A stretch of 63,858 nt of DNA, the filler included, from Neophaeotheca triangularis (taxonomy: Eukaryota), in the NCBI GenBank assembly GCA_054600435.1. It is 3 parts of 3 records of this genome, joined end to end, with 100 filler letters (N's around TTAATTAATTAA, not from the genome) between each part and the next. Parts side by side here need not be neighbours in the genome. Positions count along the whole stretch, not along the records: positions 1 to 24,416 come from BAAIJX010000113.1; 2 more parts are not named here. One strand, given 5' to 3'. Positions within the stretch are counted from its first letter, which is position 1; each line of letters opens with the position of its first letter. A program made the position numbers and the translations under genes. Under the pieces are notes generated by a model, which saw only the letters and a program-made list of their open reading frames with translations, was not told the DNA's origin and searched no databases. Of the stretch, positions 1 through 10,675 are shown piece after piece.

Positions 1-219
1 GTTGTTAACCAATTCAATTGGTTTTTTGTGGTTTAACCGCCCCTTTTCCCCCCCTTTTTTCCCTTTAATGCCCCCCCCCCCCCCCCCCCCCAAAAAAAAC
101 CCCCCGAAGCAAGAGCTTTGTTTATGGTAAGTGCAAGAAGACCACTAGCAATAGGTATGGATCTGAGTACAACTCAAGGCTGCTCACACCATCCCTCAAA
201 TAATCCCCTACAAAGACCC

Positions 220-2377
220 TCACGCACTCGCGCTATGGCTGCGAATGACACTGCTGCGTCTCCGATAATCTTCCAAATCCCCACCAAAGTACTTGACCAA
301 CTCCTGATCGAGCTCTTTCCCTTCAAGATGCGGCATTTGCTTAGCCCGCTTGACAGGGTTGACGCCATCGGCGTGAGCGCTGGCAAAGATGACATCCATT
401 TCCTCCAATGAGCGGCCTTTTGGCTCGGGAAAGAAGAAGTAGACGGATGGAATGAGGCAGAAGCAAAAAACTGCGAACATGGAGTCTGGTGGATAGGTTA
501 GTACCAAGTCTGACGGGAGCGGTTGTCCTCTTCGAGCGGGACTCACAGGTGTTGTACTGGAGATTGTCGAATGCGGGTGGTGTTATCATGACGATGAGGA
601 AGTTTGAGAGCTGCAATGGTTAGTTGGCTAGTCTGCGAAGTGGAGAAGACTTTGTGGGACTGTACTCACCCAGTTGGAGCAAGTCGAGAGGGCGTTGGCT
701 TGAATACGGATTCTGAATGGTCGTCAGCGGCAGTTCCAGCGAGTTTTGAGGGTTGAAAACTTGCCTGAGCCCCGTAATCTCCGCAGGGTATAACCACGTC
801 ATTCCAAGCCAGCCTGTATGATACGGTCAGACTTTGAAGCCAATTTTTGAAAGAAAAGGCTATGTGTCAGCAGGAATGCAGGCTGCTTACCGATGGCGAA
901 GAAGGTGTTGAATCCAAACAGGAAAATTGTAGCGACGACGCCAAAACGAGTATCCAGGACTGGTGCTCCGAGCTCATTGATAGTAGCCGTCGACGAAGAA
1001 CCAGCCAGGATCATCATGGACGACATCATACCAAATGCGCCGAACAGCATGAGTTTTCGCCTACCCACACGTTCGATGAGTGGGATCGCGATCAACCCGG
1101 CCAGGAAGTATTCCGTGCCGTTACATGCAGCTAATAGTCGAGACATGGTGGGCCCAAAACCAAGACTGTTCTCAAAGACGTACGTAGCATAGTAGGTGAT
1201 GAGGTTGATTCCGCAAATTTGCTGAAAGAATTGGGCAGCAATACCCAGCAGGGTCCTTCGAAGGTTCTGACTTGGTCCGTTGTGGAAGAGCTCCTTGAAT
1301 TTGAAACCACCATCAGCGCTCTGGGCATCGAGGGCTTCCTGTATAGTCGTCATCTGAAGGTCCACCTCCTCTGAGAAGACGTCTGCTCCGTCGAGGCGAG
1401 CAATAACATCTCTAGCTTCGGCCTTGCGACCACGCATCATCAGCCAGCGAGGCGAGTCGGGTAGGTAGAGGATACCCCACATGACGAGCAAGGTGAAGAA
1501 GCTCTGAAACATGATTGGGAAGCGCCACCGAACGGTACTGTAGCTCTCACCGGCGGGGATGAAGTAGCATCCGAAGTCAATCCAGTACGCAATCATAACA
1601 CCAAAAACTATAATAGCGCCAGAAGTAATCAGAGAGCGGCCACGTTTCTCGGGCTTTGCGCATTCGGATTGCCAGGTGGGGATAGTCGAGGTGACCATGC
1701 CGTTACCGATGCCTCCAACAACACGACCAACCACGAAAAGTGCGTATCCGTTCGCGGCAGCTTGGAAGATGGTACCAATGATCATTACGATGGAGCCGTA
1801 AAAAGTAGACGATTTACGTCCCCACTGCTCGCCGTAGAACAGGATGCATACAGCTCCGAGGAAACAGCCGATTTGGTAAATGGCGACAGCGGCTGCTTGA
1901 GTGTTGGGATCGCCAGTGCACATGGCAGGGTCTGGTACCGTGTTGTCGGGAGAGTCCAACCAGCAAAGGTCGTTCGCCCGGCTTCGGGGGGTCATCAAAG
2001 GTAGGACTCGTTGGAAGTCGTCGAGAGTGAGTAGGGCTGACAACACTCCTTGATCTAATACATTATTAGTTGCCTGTTGTTATCGTTAATGTCTATCCAA
2101 ACCCACCATAACCGAACATCAGGAAGCCACATGATGCTACCCAGGTGATTGCGGTATTCAACAACGATCCTTGAAGCTTTTGGCCGTCTTTCCAATTGAG
2201 TTCGGGCAGTTCTGCCAATTTGGAAATCGATCCAAGGATCCCAGACGGCCTGTCTGCCTCCCTTTCTTCAATCATTTGAGTATTGTGTGCTTCATAATCG
2301 CGGGCCACTTCTTGATGGGCAGAGGCCTGCACCGGCTGGCTCTTGGGCTTCTCCTCCTCGAACATAGTTGTAGACAT
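220..2377 (-). CDS. STL1: Sugar porter (MFS), STL1-like glycerol/sugar:H+ symporter; 6 exons (introns 2055-2106, 814-890, 713-764 GC-AG, 611-669, 486-546)
   Basis: Spliced frame gives sugar-porter motifs FGYDQGV, GRVVGGIGNG, IPTWQSEC, WRFP, PDSPRWL, QFFQQICGINLITYY, WLYPAEI, PEPKGRSLEEMD; introns have GT(GC)..CTRAC-like..YAG signals. STL1 orthology is by resemblance only. Confidence 0.85.
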
Positions 2378-4076
2378 GATCAATGAAGCGTGTCGGTATC
2401 AGCGACTCTGCGCCTGAGGGTAAACAAGAGGGACAAAGTGACTCGAAGACCAGACGGAAAACTGCAAGAGCCTCAGCGAGCTCTATATACTTGAACTTCA
2501 TCCTCTCTTCCGCCCCATGCTGGTCTACCTCCATGCATGACCCAGCACGGAGCCCCATGGAGCTGTGGTCATGGGGCTGAACTGCGGGCCAGATAATTCG
2601 GAGAGGTCGCCAAGGAACCCAAATGCCCGGCTGGGTCTGAATCGTGCCATCCGTGAGTTGTCTACTTTTTTGTCCAGAAGACGGAGGACTACAGGAGTAG
2701 TGTTAGCTATGTTGCGGGGCGGGCGAGATCGGACGACTGTTTGCCGATCGAAGTTGCCGGCCGGCGTTTGAACTTTTCAAGCCACGCGCGTAGGTACTAC
2801 TTCAGGACTCATGCATCCTAGTCATAGCAAGTTTAGCAAGTCTGTGGCCATGTGTGCTTCTCCATCGTGGCAGATGGAGTTGTGCGAATGTATGATTCAG
2901 CCCCCTGGACATGTCGGCACTTCATGACTCTCAGTCTCTTTGAAGTCTCAGCCATCGTACCTCATGCCCACCTCCAGCTGTCACAACTTCCCTATAACGG
3001 CTTGGTATAGGCCAATGCTGAAGTAAGCCTCGTGATGCCGTGGCCGCAGAACTCTGCTCGGGCAACTCTTAAGAGCCTGCCGAAGCTCAAACGTCGATCG
3101 GGATGCCCTACACGGTGCTTGGCAATTGTAGTCGTAGCGCGACTCGAACGAGGTCTTTGAGGTCTCGCCGCGAGAGGCACATTAGCTCGCCAAGGAATAG
3201 ACAGCCTTCTTATTGCCAAGAAGACGAGATGGAGGCGAAACTCCAGACCCCACGAGAAAGACTGGATTCACCCGCGAGCCCCCACCGCCCCCACACAGAT
3301 GAGAGTCCCGCGGTACCGCGGACCTGAGCTGTTAGTGTGCTAACCGTCTCTTGCGTGCTGCTTCTCGCGTAGCTACTCGTTCTTTCGCAGTACTACTAGC
3401 GTCGTGGTAAGTCTTTTGTCGCTTGGTAACTCTGCCAGCTCCTTGATCTGGGACGTGAGAGTGCAAGTGCGTAGCAACCTATGCTATTCGTTGACCCCTG
3501 TTGTCATCATCCCTCCTGCTCGCGCCGTCGTACTCCCTCTCTTGCTGGTGCTGAGGTGCAGGGAAGTCCTCAAATGAAGTAGTGTCTTGCTGGCGTGGAG
3601 GTAGAGAGAAGCCCTAGAATACACTCTTCTCGTAATCTTTTTCCTCGAGCTCATCATTACTCGGCCAAGCGAGCCAAGACCTCCAAGGTTCGGCAGTAGT
3701 TCCTCGATATGTCTCATTATTGTCTCTGCCTACTCAAGCAATATTAGGCGCTAGCGCTGGAAGTCCATCACGGCATCTACTCGGAAGCCGTCGAGCGCCA
3801 ATGATTTCCTCTTCTGTCCTAGTAGCGACGGTCAGACTGATCCCAATTGATCAGGGTCGAGGGACTGGTCAAGTAGGTAGGTATACGAGTCTTTGTATAT
3901 AGGTTCAGGAGATACCTCACGTTCATAGGAGCCTCGTGCTCAGTCTGAGTATCGAAGCTGGTGTTTGGCTACCATTTTCTAAGTACTAGTAGAACTCGAT
4001 CCACATCGTTCATACCTAAGAAGCATACCCCTTGGTCATCTTCCCGCCACAGGCTATCACCGCCATTACAGTGCCC

Positions 4077-4231
4077 GCGTCAGGGAAATGCTCTTTACTG
4101 CCTTATATACTTAATTATTCACTATTTTCTTTACGCCATTCCTTTACTACCCCCTTTACTGTTCCTCCTTTTAACTTTACTGCCTCCTTTACTTCCTTAT
4201 TCACTATTTTCTTCACTCTATTCTTTTACTA
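4077..4231 (+). repeat. Pyrimidine-rich dispersed repeat, with an internal tandem duplication of a ~57-bp core (4093-4149, 4175-4231)
   Basis: GCGTCAGGGAAATGCTCTTTACTGCC...TTTACTACCCCCTT aligns by eye with the reverse complement of 10594-10675. Confidence 0.75.
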
Positions 4232-4376
4232 GTACGTAACGAGCCAGGTCAAAACTGCTCTCTTGGTTTGCCTCTGTTAAGGGATTTTCCTCAAGCAAAA
4301 GCACAAGCCTCGGGACGCAGCCCAAGTAGCACTGTCATCTCATGCGCACCTATAATACAACCCCCATATTCCACCC

Positions 4377-7300
4377 CTAAACCCCCAAACCCCCAATCAT
4401 GCCCTCCCGATACACCTCAAAAACCTCCTGCACCCTGACCAAAACCCCCGCCGCCAGACTCCGAACCTTGGCCTCTTCCTCTCTAGCACCACTCCCCTCT
4501 AGACCCTGGAAAACAACCCCGACCCACTCCCGAGTCTCGTGCAGAACCTTGCCATGTTTTTCCACCAAACTACTGATATCGGACCCCGCAGCCGCGATCC
4601 GAACCTCGAGTAGCGTTAGTAGTGAGAAAAGCACGGATTCCATGATACTTTTGTCGCCTGTGGCAGTGACTCGGAGCGAGAGCAAGAGCGCCCAGAAATC
4701 GTCGATAATATCGTGGAGATTTGTGGTCGCGGGGCCAGAAGCGTGAAGTAAGAGGGCGAGAGTTTTGAGAAAAGTGGTCAGAGCAGTTGGGTTGGTGATG
4801 TAGACGCTGTGGTGGGCGTGATAGGTGGCTTCCTGGTGGTATTTTGCCAGGAGAGGGGAGAAGAAAGTTTGGGAGAAGAGTTTGGCGAGAGCGTTTTGCG
4901 GAGTCTTGCGCTGGGTACGGTTGTTGGGGGTGAGGCGGCTGGAGAAGGTGCGGATTTTCAGGGGGTTGAGGTGAGAGGTTGTTTTGTCGGCAGCGCTGAG
5001 GGCAAGGGGTTGCATGAGTTGGTTCGAGAGGGTTTGGGTTGGGGCGTCGAGGTTTTTCACGCTGGATGATTGGGTATTGGTAGTGTACAGGTTGTGGAGG
5101 TGGTTCGGGAGGCGTTTGGAGGGTAAGGAGGTGTTGGGTTGCGAGGGGTTGAGCGTTTCGTCTTGATCGAAACCGGCGAGTTCTCGTCCGCCTAAACCTA
5201 GACTACTGAGGATGAGGCAGCGTTGGGAGATGGAGTAGTCCCCGGTAAAGGCTTGGTTGCTGAGCCATGGACCGAGAGCAGTAACATCGCTGAGTAGCAC
5301 CGCGATGAGACCCTGAAGGCGTAGCTCGTCAAAGTCTTCAGTCGAAAATGGATCTTGCAGGTTGCAAAGAATGCTTGCAAGTTCTTCTGCATGGTCTTTG
5401 ACTTCGCGGCCGAAATTGCTCTTTCGCCTGATGAGTGATGGGGCGTGCTTGATACCCAGCTGAAAACGATCGGGGTCCTTGTCGTCACGTAACATGGCCA
5501 TGAGATCTCGAATGTACACTGGTGGCCGAGACTTGTTGCGGTTGACCAGTGTAGCGTCCTCGTCACTGTCTTCTGGGTCGCTGTCCGGCTTGGCGTATGG
5601 TCTGAGATCGTCGCTTGAGTCGTCGTTTTGATCTTCTTCTTCTTCCTCATCGTCCAGTATCTCGGTGACCTTTTCTCCCTCGACCTCAGTCTGCAGCAGT
5701 TCGGGAGGTCTGGGCGGTCCAAACGATTGTTTCCCATCCAGCACTGGAAGCTTGTCGGGTTTGGCGGGCTTTTTGTAGTCATGTCTCCGCTTCTGAGCCC
5801 TCCTGTGCCTATCTAGCAAGTTGGCAAAGTCATGGATGCCTCCAAGATCGTCCGCAGTATTCACGAATTGCAAATATTTTTCAGCTTCCTCGGTCTGCAT
5901 ATCTTCGGTGCCGAAACTCATCTTTGACCCTTGTCTGTCAACCAGACTAGAGATGGCGGTAGCCACGATCATTCCAAGCCAACGAGCTCGTTGACTCGAG
6001 GTGTCAAGCCTGTTGCTGACACCTTGCATATGGCCAGAGGAGCGTGCCACCATAAGCAAAGCTACCGGATTGGCTCGATGGACGTAGCCGGCAAGTAAGA
6101 GCAGGTTGCGAGCCATGGCGTCCTGCTGCGCGAGTGAGGCGTGCTTGATAAAGAGCTGATCGTTGAAGGTTCCCATGACTTTTTCCAGCAAGGCTTGCAG
6201 GTCAAATAGTGGGATTCCGCATAGTGTTTTCGCTGTAGCCCTCCGGATCGACTGTGATAGCATGGAAGATAGCACTGGATCCTCGAGATGCCGAGCCAAC
6301 AGCTGACTTCTTTCCTGGTTGTCGTTCACAAATTTACTCAGGAAGCCAGCCACGCCAGCAATATCGGCACTTGATTCCGCACCATGCCCTCCACTGACAT
6401 TTGGTAGAATCTCCGACAACCATCGAAGCACCGTTTCCAGTATCTGAGCTTGGGCATGTCTAGGCAGACCTCCAAAAAGCAGGTCGACCATGGTATTGCT
6501 CCTGTCGTTTCTTCGACCACAAAACTGCACGAAGCTGGTAGTTTCTGACGGTAATCCCATTCGTACCCGCTCCGAGAAGAGCGCCTTCACCAAGTGCAAA
6601 GGGTAGCCCAGTCTCCCAGCCTTTGCTAGAAGATCCGCGGCTGACCTCGTACGCACATCTGGACTCTCATCCTCGCCAGTCTCATCCTGCAGGAGGTATG
6701 AGATGTTCCTCCCGAGCCATCCTGCGTACTTCGAGCCGCTCGAGAGCGTATTCTGGCTTCGCTTTAGTTTGACGGCATCCTCGGCCTGCGCAATAACGCT
6801 CACGACCTTTCCAGAGCCGAGAACGTTGATAAAGTCCTTCCAAGCCATACTACTTTTCACAGGATCCATGCAAGATTTTGCGAGATTTCTTTGTATAGTA
6901 TGGACGTATGAATCTCCTCTGAGCACATGGCGTGCAGCTGAGAGAGTGGTGCGCAAGGCTTCCGCATCACTTCCATCTTCATGCTTCTGCGCGCTATCGC
7001 TGAGGCTTCGCAGTCGAGCCAGAATAGCGTTGAGAGCAGTCGGATTCGTCAAGGACGGTATGATAACGGCTCGTACTCCGGAACCGCGTGCATTCCAGAA
7101 ACTGGGAATGGTGATTGTGAGAATGGCTTGGATGATCTGAGCTTGCAGTGGCCCCGTTGCGTGGAGCGAGAAGTTTTCATCGAGTTTGCATGGAGAGTTG
7201 AGAGTATCAAAGGTGGAGACGAGGGTATCCGTGTCTGGTTCCGATCGGAGTATTTGCAAGGCTTCCGTTGGAGTGGTGGCGAACCTGAGGGAGGGAGAAA

Positions 7301-7448
7301 TGTCTTCATTTTGGCTTTCTCTCTCGGGTGAAGGTGCTTCCTCTTGCGGTTTCTTCGAATTACGAGTTTCGACTGAGGTGAGCAGCTCCTCGCGATTGCT
7401 GGAAGTGTCCACGGAAACGCTCTTGATGGCAGTTAGAAAGTCTCCCAT
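4377..7448 (-). CDS. TEL2: Telomere length regulation protein Tel2/CLK-2 (TTT co-chaperone subunit), 1023 aa, single exon
   Basis: Acidic linker with DSDPEDSDEDATL followed by PVYIRDLMAML...APSLIRRK..FGREV..HAEELA..L..LQD.F...DFDELRLQGLIA, typical of fungal Tel2. Confidence 0.88.
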   Translation of the reverse strand: MGDFLTAIKSVSVDTSSNREELLTSVETRNSKKPQEEAPSPERESQNEDISPSLRFATTPTEALQILRSEPDTDTLVSTFDTLNSPCKLDENFSLHATGPLQAQIIQAILTITIPSFWNARGSGVRAVIIPSLTNPTALNAILARLRSLSDSAQKHEDGSDAEALRTTLSAARHVLRGDSYVHTIQRNLAKSCMDPVKSSMAWKDFINVLGSGKVVSVIAQAEDAVKLKRSQNTLSSGSKYAGWLGRNISYLLQDETGEDESPDVRTRSAADLLAKAGRLGYPLHLVKALFSERVRMGLPSETTSFVQFCGRRNDRSNTMVDLLFGGLPRHAQAQILETVLRWLSEILPNVSGGHGAESSADIAGVAGFLSKFVNDNQERSQLLARHLEDPVLSSMLSQSIRRATAKTLCGIPLFDLQALLEKVMGTFNDQLFIKHASLAQQDAMARNLLLLAGYVHRANPVALLMVARSSGHMQGVSNRLDTSSQRARWLGMIVATAISSLVDRQGSKMSFGTEDMQTEEAEKYLQFVNTADDLGGIHDFANLLDRHRRAQKRRHDYKKPAKPDKLPVLDGKQSFGPPRPPELLQTEVEGEKVTEILDDEEEEEDQNDDSSDDLRPYAKPDSDPEDSDEDATLVNRNKSRPPVYIRDLMAMLRDDKDPDRFQLGIKHAPSLIRRKSNFGREVKDHAEELASILCNLQDPFSTEDFDELRLQGLIAVLLSDVTALGPWLSNQAFTGDYSISQRCLILSSLGLGGRELAGFDQDETLNPSQPNTSLPSKRLPNHLHNLYTTNTQSSSVKNLDAPTQTLSNQLMQPLALSAADKTTSHLNPLKIRTFSSRLTPNNRTQRKTPQNALAKLFSQTFFSPLLAKYHQEATYHAHHSVYITNPTALTTFLKTLALLLHASGPATTNLHDIIDDFWALLLSLRVTATGDKSIMESVLFSLLTLLEVRIAAAGSDISSLVEKHGKVLHETREWVGVVFQGLEGSGAREEEAKVRSLAAGVLVRVQEVFEVYREGMIGGLGV

Positions 7449-7545
7449 GATGGAGATCCCGGCATGGACAGGGTATTGGTCAAACTGTCATCATCGTGAG
7501 AAGCAGTCTAATCAAGCAACAGAAGGTATTATCGCGCGGTGTGAA

Positions 7546-7587
7546 GTGAGATGAGGCGAGGCGAGGTGAGGTGAGGTGAGGTGAGGT
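7546..7587 (+). repeat. Pentanucleotide microsatellite (GTGAG/GCGAG)n in the TEL2-CDC1 divergent promoter
   Basis: gtgag atgag gcgag gcgag gtgag gtgag gtgag gtgag gt read directly. Confidence 0.85.
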
Positions 7588-7916
7588 AAAGCGGAAGACT
7601 GTTGCTGACCTCTCGAAATTGATTCAGGTTTAACCGACACTTTGATTAAAACCTTACCCCGGATTTCCCATCAAGCCAAGGTAAGCATTGACTTGCATTA
7701 GCGTCTGAACCCCGATTGCGGACGGGACGGGAGCTTGTTGTCGAGGCAGTCGCAAACGTCCATGGATGAGGTGTCTCCTTTTCAATCTCACCTGCAACCT
7801 CACTTTCCTTTACATCTACCGTCATGATACATACCAACATGAGCGTTACCAGCGACCCTTGAAAGAATGTAACAAGTGTCGTCCGATCATGATACTGCCC
7901 CGCGCTCCCCTACGAG

Positions 7917-10241
7917 ATGCATTTGCGACATGGCCTAACCCACCTTCAACGCCGCACCCTCTCCCGATGGCCGTTAACCCTCATACTCCTCGTGATCCTA
8001 TGGATATACGTCTTGCACTGGGGTGAGCGCACAGTCTTTAAGCAGCACATTGAGCAATGCCACTGGAACCGCTGGGAGACATGGCCTTCTAACGCGAAAC
8101 CGCATCGTATGGCAATGGTGGCTGATCCGCAAATCGTCGACCCCCATACCTACCCAGGACGACCATGGCCACTCTCGTCACTCACAGAGCTCTACACGGA
8201 CTCATACATGGCACGTAACTTTCGCCTGATCAACGCAGAATTGGACCCGGATACGATTGCATTCTTGGGAGACTTGTTTGATGGAGGACGGGAATGGGCG
8301 ACGGCGCATGCGAAACCTTTGAGGGAATCACAGAGGAAGAAGTTGGAGAAGCTGGGCATCACAAAAGACAGCAAAAAGGCAGAAGATGGTCACATGTCGA
8401 GCAAGCGCAGTTTGGAGAGTTATCATGCTGCATTGTCCGCTCCGCACTCGCGTTCCATATCTCGAAGTGAGCACAACCTCGCAAAAGATGGCACGGACTT
8501 GCGGGCGTTTGTGCATGGCGAAAACGGAAGGTGGAGCAAATGGTCGCAGCCACAGTGGGAGATGGAGTTTGAGCGGTTTGGGCGGATATTCTTTGCCACG
8601 GACCAGCTGTATCCGGGTGCAAAGCCCGACATTTTCGAGGCTTTCGACGTGGTGAATGACCCGATCAGTGTCGAAAATGGTGCCATCCCCTCTGGATGGC
8701 ACGAGTACGCCACCACGCGATCAAAGCAACGACATATTCTGACCACCTTGCCTGGTAATCACGACGTTGGCTTTGGTAGTGGTGTACAGCTCTCTGTTCG
8801 GGATCGCTTCCATGGTCGTTTTGGGGAGAGCAATCGCGTAGACGTCATTGGCAATCATACCTTTGTCAGTCTCGATACGCCTTCTCTGTCAGCTATGGGG
8901 CAGTTTGAGCGCGAAGGAGGCGAGACAAAATCTGACGCCAGAACTGCTCGCAAGCATATCTGGTCACCTTCTTACAACTTCCTCGAAACCGTGAAGGACC
9001 ATGTTACAAAAGCCAACACCGATGCTTTGTCCGAGTGCTTTCCTGCTGAGCTCGAAAGTTCCAAGTACCATCACGAAGTGACGAAACCCGACGATCTCGA
9101 GTCGCAGCCACACCCTTCCAAGCTGTCATCTGACACAACACCACAACTACCAATGGTCTTGCTGAGCCATGTCCCTCTTTGGCGTGAACGAGGCTTCGAC
9201 TGTGGAAAGTATAGAGAGCGTGGTAGCGCCATCCCGATCGCATTCGGCTACCAGTATCAGAACGTTCTCACGCGCGAGCTGACCAACTTCATTATCAAAA
9301 AAGCCTCCCTAGCAGGCAACATTGTCCAAGCTTTTAGCGGCGACGATCACGATTATTGCGATGTCATGCACAAGTACAATGTCGACCGATCCAAGCCCAC
9401 CGACAAGAAACCAAGACCAGTCCTGGCCTCAGTCCGAGAAATAACAGTCAAAAGCTTTAGCTGGGCAATGGGTGTCCGTAAACCAGGCTTCCAACTGGTA
9501 AGCCTCTGGAATCCCGTCGACGAACACGGCCGGAGCCTGGGCAATTCTTTCACCCCAACGATTCAAACTCACCTTTGCCTGCTACCGGACCAGCTCAGCA
9601 TCTTCATCACCTACCTGCTCCTACTGAGCTTTACTCTGCTTATCCTCCTTTTGCGCGCCACGATCATTGCACTACGGCAAACCAACCCATTCGACAACAA
9701 CGACAACCCCTTTTACACACCTCTCAAACCCCTCCTCGCCCGGTGGTCTCAATTCACAAACTCCGACCCCGCCACCCCGACCGCAAAACCCAAACCTCGT
9801 AGTCGCACCCGCGCCTCCTCAACCTCAGCCTCGACTCCGGAGCAATCCAACCGCTCTTCCACGACAAACCTTGGCGTCCAACGCAGTTATAACGCCCGCA
9901 CCCGCAGCGTTAGCCCCGCCGCACCCCATCCCCAACACCAGAATCTCCCCTCCCCCTTCCCCGAAAAACCCTCCCACCTCCAAGTTCGTTGGCAAGATCC
10001 GGACTCCTCGGATGAAGAATCACATATCGGGGTCTCGGACTATGATTACGACGATTACGATGAGCACGGAGGGGATGTGGATGAATTGGGTAAGGATAGT
10101 CAGGCAAAGTGGAAGTTTAAGCAGAGGAGGTTTCATAAGGGTGGGAGGGCGAGAAAGGTATTTGGGGAGTTTGTGAAGGGAGTGGGGTTTGTGGGTGTAC
10201 CAGGGTTGGTTTGGTATTTGTGGTTAGTTAGGAGGGGGTAG
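7917..10241 (+). CDS. CDC1: Cdc1-like calcineurin-type metallophosphoesterase (Mn2+/GPI remodelling), 774 aa
   Basis: N-terminal TM, ADPQIVDPHTYPGRPW, FLGDLFDGGREW, LPGNHDVG, LLSHVPL, FSGDDHDYC, TVKSFSWAMGV, C-terminal TMs. Confidence 0.88.
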   Translation: MHLRHGLTHLQRRTLSRWPLTLILLVILWIYVLHWGERTVFKQHIEQCHWNRWETWPSNAKPHRMAMVADPQIVDPHTYPGRPWPLSSLTELYTDSYMARNFRLINAELDPDTIAFLGDLFDGGREWATAHAKPLRESQRKKLEKLGITKDSKKAEDGHMSSKRSLESYHAALSAPHSRSISRSEHNLAKDGTDLRAFVHGENGRWSKWSQPQWEMEFERFGRIFFATDQLYPGAKPDIFEAFDVVNDPISVENGAIPSGWHEYATTRSKQRHILTTLPGNHDVGFGSGVQLSVRDRFHGRFGESNRVDVIGNHTFVSLDTPSLSAMGQFEREGGETKSDARTARKHIWSPSYNFLETVKDHVTKANTDALSECFPAELESSKYHHEVTKPDDLESQPHPSKLSSDTTPQLPMVLLSHVPLWRERGFDCGKYRERGSAIPIAFGYQYQNVLTRELTNFIIKKASLAGNIVQAFSGDDHDYCDVMHKYNVDRSKPTDKKPRPVLASVREITVKSFSWAMGVRKPGFQLVSLWNPVDEHGRSLGNSFTPTIQTHLCLLPDQLSIFITYLLLLSFTLLILLLRATIIALRQTNPFDNNDNPFYTPLKPLLARWSQFTNSDPATPTAKPKPRSRTRASSTSASTPEQSNRSSTTNLGVQRSYNARTRSVSPAAPHPQHQNLPSPFPEKPSHLQVRWQDPDSSDEESHIGVSDYDYDDYDEHGGDVDELGKDSQAKWKFKQRRFHKGGRARKVFGEFVKGVGFVGVPGLVWYLWLVRRG

Positions 10242-10593
10242 TTGGGTTTGTGAGGGGGTTCAGTAGTGGTCTAGTGTAGATTCTTTGCTGTATATACTGA
10301 TTTCTGTAGCTAGCACGGCGCCATGCATAGGAAGCGAAATTCCTTGTCCGAACATGACTAGAGCTGATACGTCGAGAGGGAAGAAGAGACGTTGGAACAA
10401 CGGCTGCTTCCTATAGTGATCGATTGAGTCCCGAGAACCATTCATCCTTTTGCGCCCGCTCGCGCCAATAATCGACGGTCTATAAGGTTTTCTCCCCCTT
10501 TATTGACACTACTCCTCTATGGTAATCCTCGCAGCTATCTCAGCAACTTGATCTACAATTACTTGTATAAAGGATGTAGTAAGTAAGCTAGGT

Positions 10594-10675
10594 AGTGAAG
10601 GGGGTAGTAAAGGGATAGAGTAAAGAAAAGCGAATAAGGAATTAAAGCAGGCAGTAAAGAGCATTTCCTTGACGC
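10594..10675 (-). repeat. Inverted copy of the 4077-4160 repeat
   Basis: Reverse complement reads GCGTCAAGGAAATGCTCTTTACTGCC...TTTACTACCCCCTTCACT. Confidence 0.75.

Noticed and set aside
1..105. Poly-C/T/A tract at the window start, and the poly-G/A tract at 63800-63858
   Set aside because: Low-complexity contig ends, typical of sequencing breakdown at G/C homopolymers; no supportable feature
3340..3960. Mildly TpA-rich stretch with short ORFs (e.g. 3484-3717)
   Set aside because: Possibly a decayed gene or repeat, but I could not recognise any motif or boundary
4399..7554. Many plus-strand ORFs over TEL2, and similar ones over CDC1, the MFS genes and the Cu ATPase
   Set aside because: Antisense or alternate-frame shadows of GC-rich real genes
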